A DNA stretch of 64,000 bases from an uncultured Candidatus Rokubacteria bacterium (GCA_963805625.1 CAWDVE010000017.1:256001-320000); one strand, 5' to 3'; positions 28,835 to 38,819 are shown, counted from the stretch's first letter. Program-made: numbers and translations. Notes: generated from the sequence alone by a model not told the origin.

Positions 28835-29320
28835 TCATGGCGGGGTGGCCGGCGAGTTCCCGGTCGACACCGTGAGGGAGACCCGGTTTCGATCGCCGAC
28901 CCGCGCGTAGGCTGCCGACGCGGTCAGGCCCCGGATGAGCGCCAGGCCGAGGCCGCCCGGGGTCTCCGCCCGGGGTGCGAGCGGGGGTGCTGGGGCACCG
29001 GTGAGGGGATCGAAGGCCGGCCCCGCATCCTCGTAGGTGATCTCGATGACGCCGCCCTCGGCGGCGAGCGTGACCCACACCGGGCCCTCGCTGCCGTCGG
29101 CGTAGCCGTGGGTCACCGTGTTCGTGAAGAGCTCTTCCAGGACGAGGACGACCCGCAAGGTCGTGCTGTGATCCGCTCCCACGGCCGTCCCGAAGGCCTC
29201 GGCCAGAGCGCGCACTTCCGCGAAGCTGGGGAGCCGGCCCCGGAACGCTCCCTCGGCCCGCACGGTCAGGCCCTCACCGTGCCCGGTGGCCGTCCGAGGC
29301 GCGCCCGGGGTATGATCCAT
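28835..29320 (-). CDS. Anti-sigma factor / RsbW-like Ser kinase (HATPase_c_2)
   Basis: LEELFTNTVTHGY, EDAGPAFDP and GGLGLALI. Confidence 0.85.
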   Translation of the reverse strand: MDHTPGAPRTATGHGEGLTVRAEGAFRGRLPSFAEVRALAEAFGTAVGADHSTTLRVVLVLEELFTNTVTHGYADGSEGPVWVTLAAEGGVIEITYEDAGPAFDPLTGAPAPPLAPRAETPGGLGLALIRGLTASAAYARVGDRNRVSLTVSTGNSPATPP

Positions 29321-29411
29321 GGCCTCGCCGCCACCGTGGTCCGGGCTCCACGAGGAGGCTCGGACCAGGACCGGCCAGGTCGAGTCGACTGGGGATGGAC
29401 GAACAAGGACC

Positions 29412-29471
29412 GAGCCAGATGGCGTCGGGCCAAACGGGATTGGGCCACATGACGTCGAGCCAAATGGGGTC
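29412..29471 (+). repeat. Four imperfect 15-bp tandem repeats
   Basis: gagccagatggcgtc / gggccaaacgggatt / gggccacatgacgtc / gagccaaatggggtc. Confidence 0.7.
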
Positions 29472-29487
29472 GGGGAGGACCAGTGTG

Positions 29488-29967
29488 ATGCGGACGGAAG
29501 TCGCGGTGAGGCCGCGAGCGGGCGGCTTGCTGATCGTCATCCTCGGGATGGCGTTCGCGGTGCTGATGGCCGGTGAGGCAATCGCCCAGGACGTCGGCCG
29601 GGTCAAGACGGTGAAGGGCACGGTCTACGTCGAGCGGGAAGGGCGGCGCGAGCTGGCCCTGGTCGGCGCGGGCGTGCGCCAGGCCGATACGCTCGTGACG
29701 GGGCCGGACGGGGCCGTGGGTATCACGCTGGCCGACGACACGCTCCTGTCGGCGGGTCCAAACAGCATTCTCGCGATCGAGCGCTTTGTCTACGAAGCGA
29801 ACCAGCCGGGCTCGCTGGAGGCGGCGCTCACCAAGGGTACGTTGGCGGTCGTCTCCGGCCGCATCGCGAAGCAAGCGCCCGATGCCATGCGCGTCAGGAC
29901 GCCGGCCGCGATCCTTGGCGTGCGCGGCACGGAGTTCGTCGTTCGTGCGAGCGACGGCTCGCCGTAG
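29488..29967 (+). CDS. Secreted FecR-domain protein
   Basis: Signal peptide AIA-Q; DTLVTGPDGAVGITLADDT and TPAAILGVRGTEF. Confidence 0.85.
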   Translation: MRTEVAVRPRAGGLLIVILGMAFAVLMAGEAIAQDVGRVKTVKGTVYVEREGRRELALVGAGVRQADTLVTGPDGAVGITLADDTLLSAGPNSILAIERFVYEANQPGSLEAALTKGTLAVVSGRIAKQAPDAMRVRTPAAILGVRGTEFVVRASDGSP

Positions 29968-30601
29968 CGGCGGGCGGCGCCTCCTCCTTCCCGGCCTCGC
30001 CCTGGCGGGCATGCTGGCAGGCGCCTGTGCTGCGCCGCCGGCGCCACCGCCCGCAGCCCCGCCGCCGCGCGCCGACCTCGTGGTGCTTCTCCCGAACCGC
30101 GAGGGCGGGGTGGGAGCGGTCGTCGTCCAGGAGGGCGGGCACGAGGTCGTGCTGAACACCGCGTACGCGAGTGCCCACACGGGCGCCGGGGGCCGGCTCG
30201 AGCCCGGCCAGACGTCCCCCGACGAGGTCCGGGCCGTCTTCGCCGATGCGCTCGCGGCCGAGCCGCCTCGTCCCGTCACGTTCATCCTCTACTTCGTCGA
30301 GGCGACGGACCAATTCACGCCGGAATCGCAGGCCCTCGTGGACCAGGTCCTCCTGGCGATCGCCTCGCGGCCCGCGCCCGAGCTCATGGTGGCCGGCCAC
30401 ACCGACGCCGTCGGAACGGACCAGTACAACGACACCCTCTCGCTCCGTCGCGCCGAGCGCTTGCGAACCCTCCTGATCGCCCGGGGCATTGCGCCGGACA
30501 GCATCCGTGCCATCGGGCGCGGCAAGCGCGAGCTCCGGGTGCCAACACCCGACGGGGTGGCCGAGCCGCGCAACCGGCGGGTCGAGATCACGGTGCGCTG
30601 A
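29945..30601 (+). CDS. OmpA-domain lipoprotein; start uncertain
   Basis: Lipobox LAGAC; GHTDAVG, NDTLSLRRA and NRRVEI. Confidence 0.88.
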   Translation: MRATARRSGGRRLLLPGLALAGMLAGACAAPPAPPPAAPPPRADLVVLLPNREGGVGAVVVQEGGHEVVLNTAYASAHTGAGGRLEPGQTSPDEVRAVFADALAAEPPRPVTFILYFVEATDQFTPESQALVDQVLLAIASRPAPELMVAGHTDAVGTDQYNDTLSLRRAERLRTLLIARGIAPDSIRAIGRGKRELRVPTPDGVAEPRNRRVEITVR

Positions 30602-32792
30602 CCCCGGAATCTCCGGGCTCGGCCGGATCCGGCGGGCCGAGCCACTGGACCGCGAGCAAGGTCACGTCGTCGGCCGGCTCGAAGGGCTCCCGGAAGGTCC
30701 GGACTGCCGCCACCAGATCGGCGACCAGTCGAGCGGGCTCGCTGCGAGGGGGTTCCTGCGCGGCCTCGGTCACGAGGCGTGTCACCCGCGCGGTACCGAA
30801 CAGGCTGCCCCCCGGGTCGAGCGCCTCCGTCACGCCGTCCGTCACCATCAGCACGGTGTCTCCTGGCCGGAGGCGTGCCGTGGCGGTCTCGTAGGCGAAG
30901 TCGTCGAGCACGCAGAGCGGCGGGCCAGCGCCGCCCTCCAGCCGGTCGACTCCCCCGCCCTCGGGGCGCACGATCCACGGCGCCTCGTGGCCGGCGCTCG
31001 AGTACCAGAGCCGTCCCGTATTGACGTCGAGGACGGCCGCCACGAGCGTCACGAAGAACGCCTCCGGGTTGTCGCGGCCCATCTCCGTGTTTGCCTCGCG
31101 CATCGTCTTGGCCAGCTCGGTCGCGTGGCGGGTCGAGATGCTCCGGTAGAAGGCCTTCGTGGCCGCCATGAAGAGGCTGGCGGGGAGGCCCTTCCCCGAG
31201 ACGTCGCCGACGAGGAACAGGAGCTGGTCGCCGTCGAGGAGGAAGAAGTCGAAGAGGTCACCGCCCACGACGCGCGCCGGCTCCATCACGGCCGCGATTC
31301 GAAAGCGGCCCTCGCCCGGGAACACGCTCTCCGGCCGGGGCAGGAGGCCGAGCTGGATGCGACGCGCCGCCTCGAGCTCACCCGCGAGCCGGGCGGCGGC
31401 CTCGCGCTCCTCCTGGAGTCGCTGGCGGAGGGCCCGGCGCTGACGATCGGCCTCGGCCAGCGCGCCGCCGAGCGTGGCGGTGTAGACGATCCCCAGCCCG
31501 AGCGCCGGCGTGAGGCCGTCGAACAAGTGCGCGAGCTGCCGGTACGCCAAGAAGCTCCCACCGAGCAGCCCGGCGCCGAGGCCGAGGGCCAGCAGCGCCG
31601 CGCGGAGCATCCCCACCGTCGGGGTGAGGGTGACGACCAGCACGCCGGCGGCGATGAGCGCCCCTGCTTCGGCCCACTCCGCCCAGCGGGGCCGCACGAG
31701 GACACGACCGTCGAACATGTTCTCGAGCACTTGGGCGTGAACCTCGATGCTGGGGAGGCTTTCTCCGAGCGGGGTGACGTGCTGGTCCCCGAGGCCCAGC
31801 GCCGTCACGCCCACGAGGACCAGCTTGCGCTCGAGACGGTCGGGCGGAACCTCGTCCGCGAGCACCGACGCGGCCGAGACGAACCGGGCCGCGTCGTGCG
31901 GCGTGAAGTGGATCCACATCGTCCCGTCGGTCTCCGTGGGGAACGAGACGTCGCCCACGCCCACCGCGCGCACGCCGCCCCCGTCGCTTCGGACGTTGAA
32001 CGCGGGCGCCCTCGCGGCGACCCGGAGCACCTCGAGGGCGAGCCCGGGGACCAGCGTGTCGCCCACCGCGGCCACCAGCGGGACCCGACGTACGATTGCC
32101 CCCGCATCGTCCGCGCTCAGGAGGGCGTGCCCCGCTGCGCCGCCGTCGACGTCGGGCACGCTACGGAGGACTGCCCGGTAGCGCCGAACTCGCCCCGACG
32201 GATCCGCGCCGCGAACGACTGCGGGCGTGAAGCGGCCCCAAGGTGACACGGCAGCCGGCCCGTCGAGCCCGGCCAGCCCGATCACGCTCGGCGCGCCGCC
32301 GAGCGCCTGGCCGAGCGCGCGGTCGCCGTCGGGCACCGACGCGACCCAGGCCGCGGTCCGCGCCGCCAGGCCCGGGAGGCGGCTGGCGAGGCTCGCTCCG
32401 GAGAAGCCGTCTGCTTCCGGGAATAGGAGATTGAGTCCCACGGCGGCGGGTCTCGCCGCGCGGATGTGATCGACGAGCTGGGCCAGGAGCTGGCGGGGCC
32501 AGGGCCACTGGCCGTACCGGGCGAGGCTCGGCTCGTCCACGGCCACGATGACGGCGGGCCCCGAGATCCGGACGCGTGGCGCGAGCCGCTGGCAGAAGTC
32601 GAACCAGAGCCCACGCAACCGGGCGTCGGGTCCCCAAACGAGCAGGAGAATGGTGAGGGCGACGAGGGCCAGCGCGCCGACCGATCGGCCCGCGCTCCCC
32701 AGCCGCGCGATGCGCGACCAGGTGCCCGCCGGCCCGTCGGGCGCCTCGGCGGGCCCGCGTCTCGCCCCGCCGGGCTCGGCGTCAGCCCCCAC
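30588..32792 (-). CDS. CHASE2 sensor plus SpoIIE/PP2C phosphatase
   Basis: VAVDEPSLARYGQWPWPR (CHASE2), three TM helices, coiled coil, VGGDLFDF, GDVSGKG, TDGVTEA and DDVT. Confidence 0.9.
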   Translation of the reverse strand: MGADAEPGGARRGPAEAPDGPAGTWSRIARLGSAGRSVGALALVALTILLLVWGPDARLRGLWFDFCQRLAPRVRISGPAVIVAVDEPSLARYGQWPWPRQLLAQLVDHIRAARPAAVGLNLLFPEADGFSGASLASRLPGLAARTAAWVASVPDGDRALGQALGGAPSVIGLAGLDGPAAVSPWGRFTPAVVRGADPSGRVRRYRAVLRSVPDVDGGAAGHALLSADDAGAIVRRVPLVAAVGDTLVPGLALEVLRVAARAPAFNVRSDGGGVRAVGVGDVSFPTETDGTMWIHFTPHDAARFVSAASVLADEVPPDRLERKLVLVGVTALGLGDQHVTPLGESLPSIEVHAQVLENMFDGRVLVRPRWAEWAEAGALIAAGVLVVTLTPTVGMLRAALLALGLGAGLLGGSFLAYRQLAHLFDGLTPALGLGIVYTATLGGALAEADRQRRALRQRLQEEREAAARLAGELEAARRIQLGLLPRPESVFPGEGRFRIAAVMEPARVVGGDLFDFFLLDGDQLLFLVGDVSGKGLPASLFMAATKAFYRSISTRHATELAKTMREANTEMGRDNPEAFFVTLVAAVLDVNTGRLWYSSAGHEAPWIVRPEGGGVDRLEGGAGPPLCVLDDFAYETATARLRPGDTVLMVTDGVTEALDPGGSLFGTARVTRLVTEAAQEPPRSEPARLVADLVAAVRTFREPFEPADDVTLLAVQWLGPPDPAEPGDSGVSAP

Positions 32793-32807
32793 GCGAGCCT
32801 CCGGCCG

Positions 32808-33767
32808 TCAGACGCGAAGCTCGAGGCCGTCGTACGCGGCCGTGATGCGGAGGGGACGCTCACCCCGGGTCAGCTCCTCGAGGCGCTCGGTCTCCTGCCA
32901 AATGGCCGTCAGCTTCTCGTCGTCGTACGCCGGCTCGTGATGGAACAGGCACAGGTGCCGGACGCCCGCCATCTGGCACAGCTCGACGCCCACGATGTTG
33001 CTCGAGTGACCCCAGTCCTCCTTGATGGAGAACGCGTCGGCCAGGGAGTACATGGCGTCGAAGATCACGAGGTCGGCGTCCCGGAAGAAGGCGGCGAACC
33101 CGCGCGCGCTCGCGGGGTCGTCGAGCTTGTGCTCGGAGTCCGTCGAATAAACGACGGCCTTGCCGTCCCGCTCGAACCGGTACGCGTAGGAGTCGCCGGA
33201 GTGGAACTGCCGCTTCCCGGTGACTCGAAGGCCCGCGACCTCGTAGGTCTCACCCGGGACCAGGCGGACGAACTCGATGGTGGACGGGAGCTGCGAGAAG
33301 TTCACCGGGAAGCTCGGCGCCCCGTGCTGGCGCCGGAACCCCGCCTCGATGTCCTCGTGACAGCCGTGGACGACGATGCGGTTGCCCGGGATGTAGGCCG
33401 GGACGAAGAAAGGGAAGCCCTGGATGTGATCCCAGTGCAGATGCGACAGGAAGACGTGGAAGACCTGGGCCACGCCGGGCCGATACCGGGCCATCGCGGC
33501 GAGCCCGAGCTCGCGCGCGCCCGAGCCGAGGTCGCACAGCACGTACTCGGGGCTGCCCACGTCGATCTGGACGCAGGCCGTGTTGCCCCCGAATGTGTGG
33601 GAGGTGGCGAAGTCGAGCTCCTCCGCGACGAAGCGCTCGAGGGCTTCGTCGGTGTCGAGGGGTCGTCCCGCTGCCTTGCGAAGGGCTCGGAGCAGCTTTC
33701 GTCGGAGGCCGGCCGTGCCGAGAGGCGCCGGCAACGACCCGCGGGTGCCCCAGAAGCGGATCAGCAT
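32808..33767 (-). CDS. MBL-fold metallohydrolase (RNase Z / phosphodiesterase-like)
   Basis: FWGTRGS, GGNTAC, SHLHWDH, WGHS and LFHHEP. Confidence 0.88.
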   Translation of the reverse strand: MLIRFWGTRGSLPAPLGTAGLRRKLLRALRKAAGRPLDTDEALERFVAEELDFATSHTFGGNTACVQIDVGSPEYVLCDLGSGARELGLAAMARYRPGVAQVFHVFLSHLHWDHIQGFPFFVPAYIPGNRIVVHGCHEDIEAGFRRQHGAPSFPVNFSQLPSTIEFVRLVPGETYEVAGLRVTGKRQFHSGDSYAYRFERDGKAVVYSTDSEHKLDDPASARGFAAFFRDADLVIFDAMYSLADAFSIKEDWGHSSNIVGVELCQMAGVRHLCLFHHEPAYDDEKLTAIWQETERLEELTRGERPLRITAAYDGLELRV

Positions 33768-33815
33768 GGGATCAGCTTTGGCGTCGCGGTGCGCTCCGGC
33801 GGCCGGCCGCGCGGC

Positions 33816-34187
33816 TCACCGGCCCGCAGCGCCCGGTTGCGGTCGCGCGGCGGAATTCGCGAGCGCGTCGGCCACGCTCGCGAAGCACGGGAACACCAGG
33901 GTGAACTTGCTGATCTCGAAGATCTCCCGCACGAGCGGCTGGAGCGCGGCGACCGCGATCGTCCCGCCCTGCGCCCGGGCCTGCCGGGAGGCGAGCATGA
34001 GGACGCGGAGCCCTACGCTGGCGATGTAATCCACCCCGCCGAGGTCGAGCACCAGGGTGTGCCCGGGACCCGCCTGGGCCAGGTGCGGCCCGAGCGCCGT
34101 CTTGAACGCTTCGGCGCTGGCGTGATCGATGCGTCCCCGCGGGCTCAGGACGACGGTGTCACCGTGGCGGGCGCTCGAGAGTTCCAT
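33816..34187 (-). CDS. STAS domain anti-anti-sigma factor
   Basis: GRIDHASA and LVLDLGGVDYIASVGLRVL with the phospho-acceptor Ser. Confidence 0.88.
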   Translation of the reverse strand: MELSSARHGDTVVLSPRGRIDHASAEAFKTALGPHLAQAGPGHTLVLDLGGVDYIASVGLRVLMLASRQARAQGGTIAVAALQPLVREIFEISKFTLVFPCFASVADALANSAARPQPGAAGR

Positions 34188-34278
34188 CGCTGGGTCGGCA
34201 GACGGAGGCATGGCTATTCGTCGGTGCGGCCTAGGGTAGCAGAAGGCCTTCGGGCGGGTAAGGGGCGCCCGGAGCGAT

Positions 34279-35771
34279 TCTTGCTGCGCTATAGAAATGT
34301 CCTCCCCTAACTGCGCTGTAGAAATGTCCTCCCATGGAGACATGGGAGATCGTCACGATGAGCCGCAAGGAGGCCCGCCGGCCGGGCCTGGTGCAGTTGG
34401 CCATGACCGGGAAGATCACGACCGCCGAAGGGGCCGGGAGCTTGAAGATGACCCCGCGGCAGTTCCGGCGTCTCAAGGCCCGGTATCGGGCCGAGGGCGT
34501 CCGCGGGCTGGTCCATCGCTTGCGGGGCCGGCCCTCGCCTCGGGCGCTGGATGTCCAGATCCGGGATCGCGTGCAGGAGTTGATCCAGACCACCTACCGC
34601 GAGTTCAATGACTGCCACTGCACCGAGAAGCTCCGCGAGGTCGAGGGCCTCATGGTCGGCCGCGAGACCCTCCGCCGCCTCCGGCGGGCCCTCGGCCTGC
34701 CCCCGAAGCGGCGCCGCCGGCCCCGCCAGCACCGGACCCGCCGCCCCCGGCAGCCGGCCATGGGCCGCCTCGTCCTCGTCGACGGCAGCCCGTTCGACTG
34801 GCTGGGTACTGGGACGCCCCTGCTCCTCCTGGGCGCCATCGACGACGCCACCAGCACCGTCCTCGCCCTCCACCTTCGCCCCGCCGAGGACCTGCATGGC
34901 TATCTCACCCTGCTGCAACGGCTGGCCGAGCAGCACGGCCTGCCCGTGACCCTCTACGGGGATCGCCTCGGCGTCTTCGTCCGCAATGACGCCCACTGGA
35001 GTCTCGAGGAAGAGCTGCAGGGCAGGCAGCATCCCACCCAGTTCGGCCAGGTCCTGCGGGACCTCGGGATCGGCTACATCGCCGCCCACTCGCCCCAGGC
35101 CAAGGGCCGCATCGAGCGCCTCTGGGACACCCGCCAGGATCGCCTCGTCGCCGAGCTCCGCCTCCGCCGGCTCACCACGGTGGCCGCGGCCGAGGCCTAC
35201 CTGCCCACCTATCTCGCCGATCACAACCGCCGCTTCACGCAGCCGCCCGGCGAGCCCCTGGCCGCCTGGCGCCACCCGCCCCGCGATCTCGCCGACCGCC
35301 TGAGCTGCGGCTACACGCGCCGCGTCGCCCGCGACAACACCGTCCGCCTCGGCCCTCGCCTGATCCAGATCCCCCGCGGCCCCCACGGCCGCTCCTACGC
35401 GGGCTGTCGCGTTGAGCTCCGCGAATGCCTCGATGGCCGCGTGCTGGTCGACTATCACCGGCGGCGCCTGGTCACGGATCCGCCCCCGACGGCCGAATTC
35501 GTCCTCGTCCCTCGCCGGGCGCAACGCCTACGCGCCTCCAGGAGCGCGTCCAAGGAGGGGGGCCGCGATCTCCCCCTGGGCCAACACGCCCGATCTTCGG
35601 CGATCGCCGCCCTCACCGCCTTGGCCCGCGACCTGCGCCGCCCGGCGCGTCCACACCCCTGGCGGCGGACCTTCTCGCGCCGCCAACGCGAGCGGAACCG
35701 TCAGCACACCCTCCCCGAGGGCGGACATTCTCACTGAGCAGTTAGGCGGACATTTCTACTGGACAGCGACA
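34279..35771 (+). mobile_element. IS1202-like (ISNCY/IS481-related) insertion sequence with 17-bp target duplication
   Basis: Direct repeat ggggcgcccggagcgat at 34262-34278 and 35772-35788; imperfect IRs, each with two AATGTCC-containing subrepeats; right end ...ACA. Confidence 0.85.
34334..35737 (+). CDS. DDE (rve) transposase, IS1202/ISNCY type
   Basis: HTH, then LVDGSPFDWL, AIDDAT, LYGDR, TQFGQVL and SPQAKGRIERLW. Confidence 0.9.
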   Translation: METWEIVTMSRKEARRPGLVQLAMTGKITTAEGAGSLKMTPRQFRRLKARYRAEGVRGLVHRLRGRPSPRALDVQIRDRVQELIQTTYREFNDCHCTEKLREVEGLMVGRETLRRLRRALGLPPKRRRRPRQHRTRRPRQPAMGRLVLVDGSPFDWLGTGTPLLLLGAIDDATSTVLALHLRPAEDLHGYLTLLQRLAEQHGLPVTLYGDRLGVFVRNDAHWSLEEELQGRQHPTQFGQVLRDLGIGYIAAHSPQAKGRIERLWDTRQDRLVAELRLRRLTTVAAAEAYLPTYLADHNRRFTQPPGEPLAAWRHPPRDLADRLSCGYTRRVARDNTVRLGPRLIQIPRGPHGRSYAGCRVELRECLDGRVLVDYHRRRLVTDPPPTAEFVLVPRRAQRLRASRSASKEGGRDLPLGQHARSSAIAALTALARDLRRPARPHPWRRTFSRRQRERNRQHTLPEGGHSH

Positions 35772-35791
35772 GGGGCGCCCGGAGCGATGCG

Positions 35792-37222
35792 TCAGAAGCT
35801 CAGGCCGAATGCCACGGTGAGGTTGGTGCCCTCGTCCGAGAAACCCAGATCCGCGCGGAAGACGGCCAGCCGCTCCAGCGAGATCCGGAGCCCGACACCG
35901 TAGCTCGCGTGGATGCGGGCCTCTGGCAGGTCGCCGAGACTCGGGGCCACGGTGCCGAGCTCTCCGAAGAGCGCCAGGCCGACCCGCTCGATCCGGATCG
36001 TGCGAGTCAGCCGGAACCCGCGCGGGATGACCCAGAACCGGTACTCGGCCACCGCGTGCCACGCCGAATCGTCCGTGAAGCGATTCGCGATGTACCCGCG
36101 AAGCGTAGAGGATCCCCCCAAGCTCGGGAGGTCGTAGAAGGGCAGGTCGCCGACCGTCGTGTCCACCTGGAACCCGAGCGCGATCGTGTCAGTGGGTGGA
36201 TTCTCCTCCCGGCCATCGCCGCCCGAATGAAAGAGCGGCGGCATCGGGAAGACGATGCTGCCATAGGCCGTCAGGACCGCGCCCAGGCTCCCGTCGCTCT
36301 GCCACGGCGCCGCGTCGGCGATCACGCCCACGCGCCAGCCGCTGTACGGCTGGTGCTGGCTGTCACGCGTGTCGTAGCGGAGGCCTGCCGTCACGTAGGT
36401 CGCGCTCAGGCCGTCCGCGTCCTTGAAGAGGACGGGGTACGCGTCCTCGGTGCTGGGCACCCCGGAGACCCGGCCACGCGCGAGGTTGTGGTGGTCGCCG
36501 CGGAGTCCGGCGGTCGCGATCCAGCCCCCCCCGGGCCCCGGCAGAGCGAGATCCGCGCGGAGGCCCGCGTCCGCGACCTCGTCCGTGTAGCTCGACTCGG
36601 CGCTCTCTTTTGTGTCGGGCCCGAGGCCGAAAAACCGCCGCGTGAGGGTCCGCTGGTACCCGCCGGAAGCGGCGAGGTAGCTCCGCTCCTCCACGGCAAC
36701 GCCGCCGTCGGGGAGCTCGCGATGATAGAGCCACCGTCGCCAGACGAGGCGGTACCGCTCCTGGCCCTCGGTCGTGTAGGTGACAAAGGCGCCCAGGAAC
36801 TCCCGGCGCCGCTGCTCCCGGAAGTCGATGTCCGTGAGCGCGATGCCGCCCCCGAGGCCCACGTCCTCCTGAAAGAAGATCTGCGGCGACGCGAAGCTCG
36901 TGACGAGCCAGCGCTGGAACACGTTCCCCGGCATGATCCGGCCCTCGGGGATGTAGCGCCAACGTTGGGGCTCTGGCAGATCTTCCGGGAGCGGGACCTT
37001 GGGAATCCGGCCGCTCTCGTCCATGCCGAGGAGGGGGTCGTAGAGCGGGCGGAGCTCCCGGTCCCGGTCCACGCGCTGGGCGACGGCCGGCGGGGGCGCG
37101 GCGAGACCGGTGAGGACGGCGGCGAGGCCGAGCGCGAGACTCAGGCCGGGCCGCCGCCAGCACACGGGGGCCCACGTCGATCGGGCGCGCCCCCACCCTC
37201 CTCCGATGGCCGTGAGCGTCAC
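35792..37222 (-). CDS. Omp85/BamA-TamA family outer-membrane beta-barrel (no obvious POTRA)
   Basis: Signal peptide; LRYDTRD, LGGSSTLRGYIANRF, AEYR and C-terminal FGLSF. Confidence 0.8.
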   Translation of the reverse strand: MTLTAIGGGWGRARSTWAPVCWRRPGLSLALGLAAVLTGLAAPPPAVAQRVDRDRELRPLYDPLLGMDESGRIPKVPLPEDLPEPQRWRYIPEGRIMPGNVFQRWLVTSFASPQIFFQEDVGLGGGIALTDIDFREQRRREFLGAFVTYTTEGQERYRLVWRRWLYHRELPDGGVAVEERSYLAASGGYQRTLTRRFFGLGPDTKESAESSYTDEVADAGLRADLALPGPGGGWIATAGLRGDHHNLARGRVSGVPSTEDAYPVLFKDADGLSATYVTAGLRYDTRDSQHQPYSGWRVGVIADAAPWQSDGSLGAVLTAYGSIVFPMPPLFHSGGDGREENPPTDTIALGFQVDTTVGDLPFYDLPSLGGSSTLRGYIANRFTDDSAWHAVAEYRFWVIPRGFRLTRTIRIERVGLALFGELGTVAPSLGDLPEARIHASYGVGLRISLERLAVFRADLGFSDEGTNLTVAFGLSF

Positions 37223-37238
37223 CTCGGCCCGGCCGGGC

Positions 37239-38450
37239 TCAGGCCGGCGGCCCCGAGGCGGGCCGGCGGCCCCCCCCGGATTCCGCCGTGGCCGCCCCGG
37301 TCAGCGCGCCCAAGCGCTCCTCGGCGGTCCGGGTGATGGTCGCCTTGAGACTGGGGTTATTCTCGAGGAGGCGGCGGAAGTCGGCGACGTCGAGGGAGAG
37401 GAGCTGGCACTCGGCGAGCGTGGTCACTGTCGCCGTGCGTACCGTGTCGCGAATGAGGGCGATCTCGCCGAAGTACTGGCCGCGGCCGAGCCGGACCGGC
37501 GTGGGCGTGATGTCCACTTGGACCTCGCCGGCCATGATGAAGAACATCGCGTCCGCTGGATCGCCGCGCCGGACGACGGCAAACTGAGCGGGGACCACCT
37601 GGCGCTTGAGGAGCCGGGCGATCTCGGCGATCCGCGCGGCGTCCAGGCCGGCAAACAGTGGGACGTTGGCGACCGTCTGCCAGGTGACGACGAAGTCACG
37701 CTTGCGGATCTCGCTCGCGAACCCCGTGGCGAGGATGCCCGCCGGCACCGCGAAGACTGCGATCCCGATCACCATCACCATGCCGCCGAAGATCCTGCCG
37801 AGCGGCGTGATCGGGAACATGTCGCCGTAGCCGACCGTCGCGATCGTCACGATTGCCCACCACATGGCGTGAGGGATGCTGGCGAAGACCTTGGGCTGCG
37901 CCTCGCGCTCGAGGACGTACATGATGGACGCCTCGAGGACCAGCAGGACCACCACGACCAGGAGCGTGGCGAGGAGCGCGCGGCTCTCGTTCCGGATCAC
38001 CGCCGCGAAGAGGGGGAGTGCCGGCGTGTATCGGGCCAGCTTGAGGAGCCGCAGCACCCGCAACAGACGGAGCGCATCCGTGGGGATGGGAACGACCGCT
38101 GCCACCAAGGCCGGGAGCACGGCCAAGAGGTCCACGAACCCGACGAACGATGTCGCGTAGTGGAGCCGGGCGCGCCAGGGCTCCCGCGCCCCGATGGCCT
38201 CGCGCTCGGGCGCGGCCCAGAGGCGAAGCGCATACTCGACCGCCATCACCGCTACGGCCAGCGCCTCGACCAGGCGGAGGAGCCAGCCAATCCTCGGCGG
38301 GAGCTCCTCCAGCGTCTCGACCACCACCGCCACGACGCTCACGAGGACGAGGGCCACCAGCATCCCGTTGACGAGCCGGTTCGACCACGGCGGGCTCTCG
38401 GCCGAGGCTAGCAGGCGATCGATCTGGGCACGCCACGCGGGCGGTTTCAT
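37239..38450 (-). CDS. Cyclic-nucleotide-gated K+ channel (MloK1-like)
   Basis: S4 RLLRVLRLLK, filter TVGYGD, and cNMP domain FGEIALI...RTATV. Confidence 0.92.
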   Translation of the reverse strand: MKPPAWRAQIDRLLASAESPPWSNRLVNGMLVALVLVSVVAVVVETLEELPPRIGWLLRLVEALAVAVMAVEYALRLWAAPEREAIGAREPWRARLHYATSFVGFVDLLAVLPALVAAVVPIPTDALRLLRVLRLLKLARYTPALPLFAAVIRNESRALLATLLVVVVLLVLEASIMYVLEREAQPKVFASIPHAMWWAIVTIATVGYGDMFPITPLGRIFGGMVMVIGIAVFAVPAGILATGFASEIRKRDFVVTWQTVANVPLFAGLDAARIAEIARLLKRQVVPAQFAVVRRGDPADAMFFIMAGEVQVDITPTPVRLGRGQYFGEIALIRDTVRTATVTTLAECQLLSLDVADFRRLLENNPSLKATITRTAEERLGALTGAATAESGGGRRPASGPPA

Positions 38451-38819
38451 GGAACGACCTCCGGGAGATTCTACAGGATGGGTCCCGCCAGCCCCGAGCC
38501 TTCAGGCAGCGGGCATCCGGGGCGATTCCACGGATGGCAGACCCCCTCAAGGATGGCGGCCAGATGCCCGGGACCGGCTTGCAGAAGGCGGCAAAGCGCG
38601 GCATGGTCCGCAACCTCCCCGCGACCTGCATCGCACGGAGGGCGCCGCCCGCCCCGCAACCTATCCGCAACCGGCGTCGCGCGTCTTTCACCACCGAGGG
38701 CTCGGCCTGCCGCGACCCACTACCACCGTGGCGACCTCTCCAGGGGCACCTTTGCTGGCGCGGGGCCCCATTCCGCACCACGGAGCCTGAAATTGCTGGT
38801 CCAACCGCCGCCGCCTGAC

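Noticed and set aside
38650-38675. ccgcaacc direct repeat as an att site
   Set aside because: Only 8 bp, and I found no partner site, tRNA or intact integrase.
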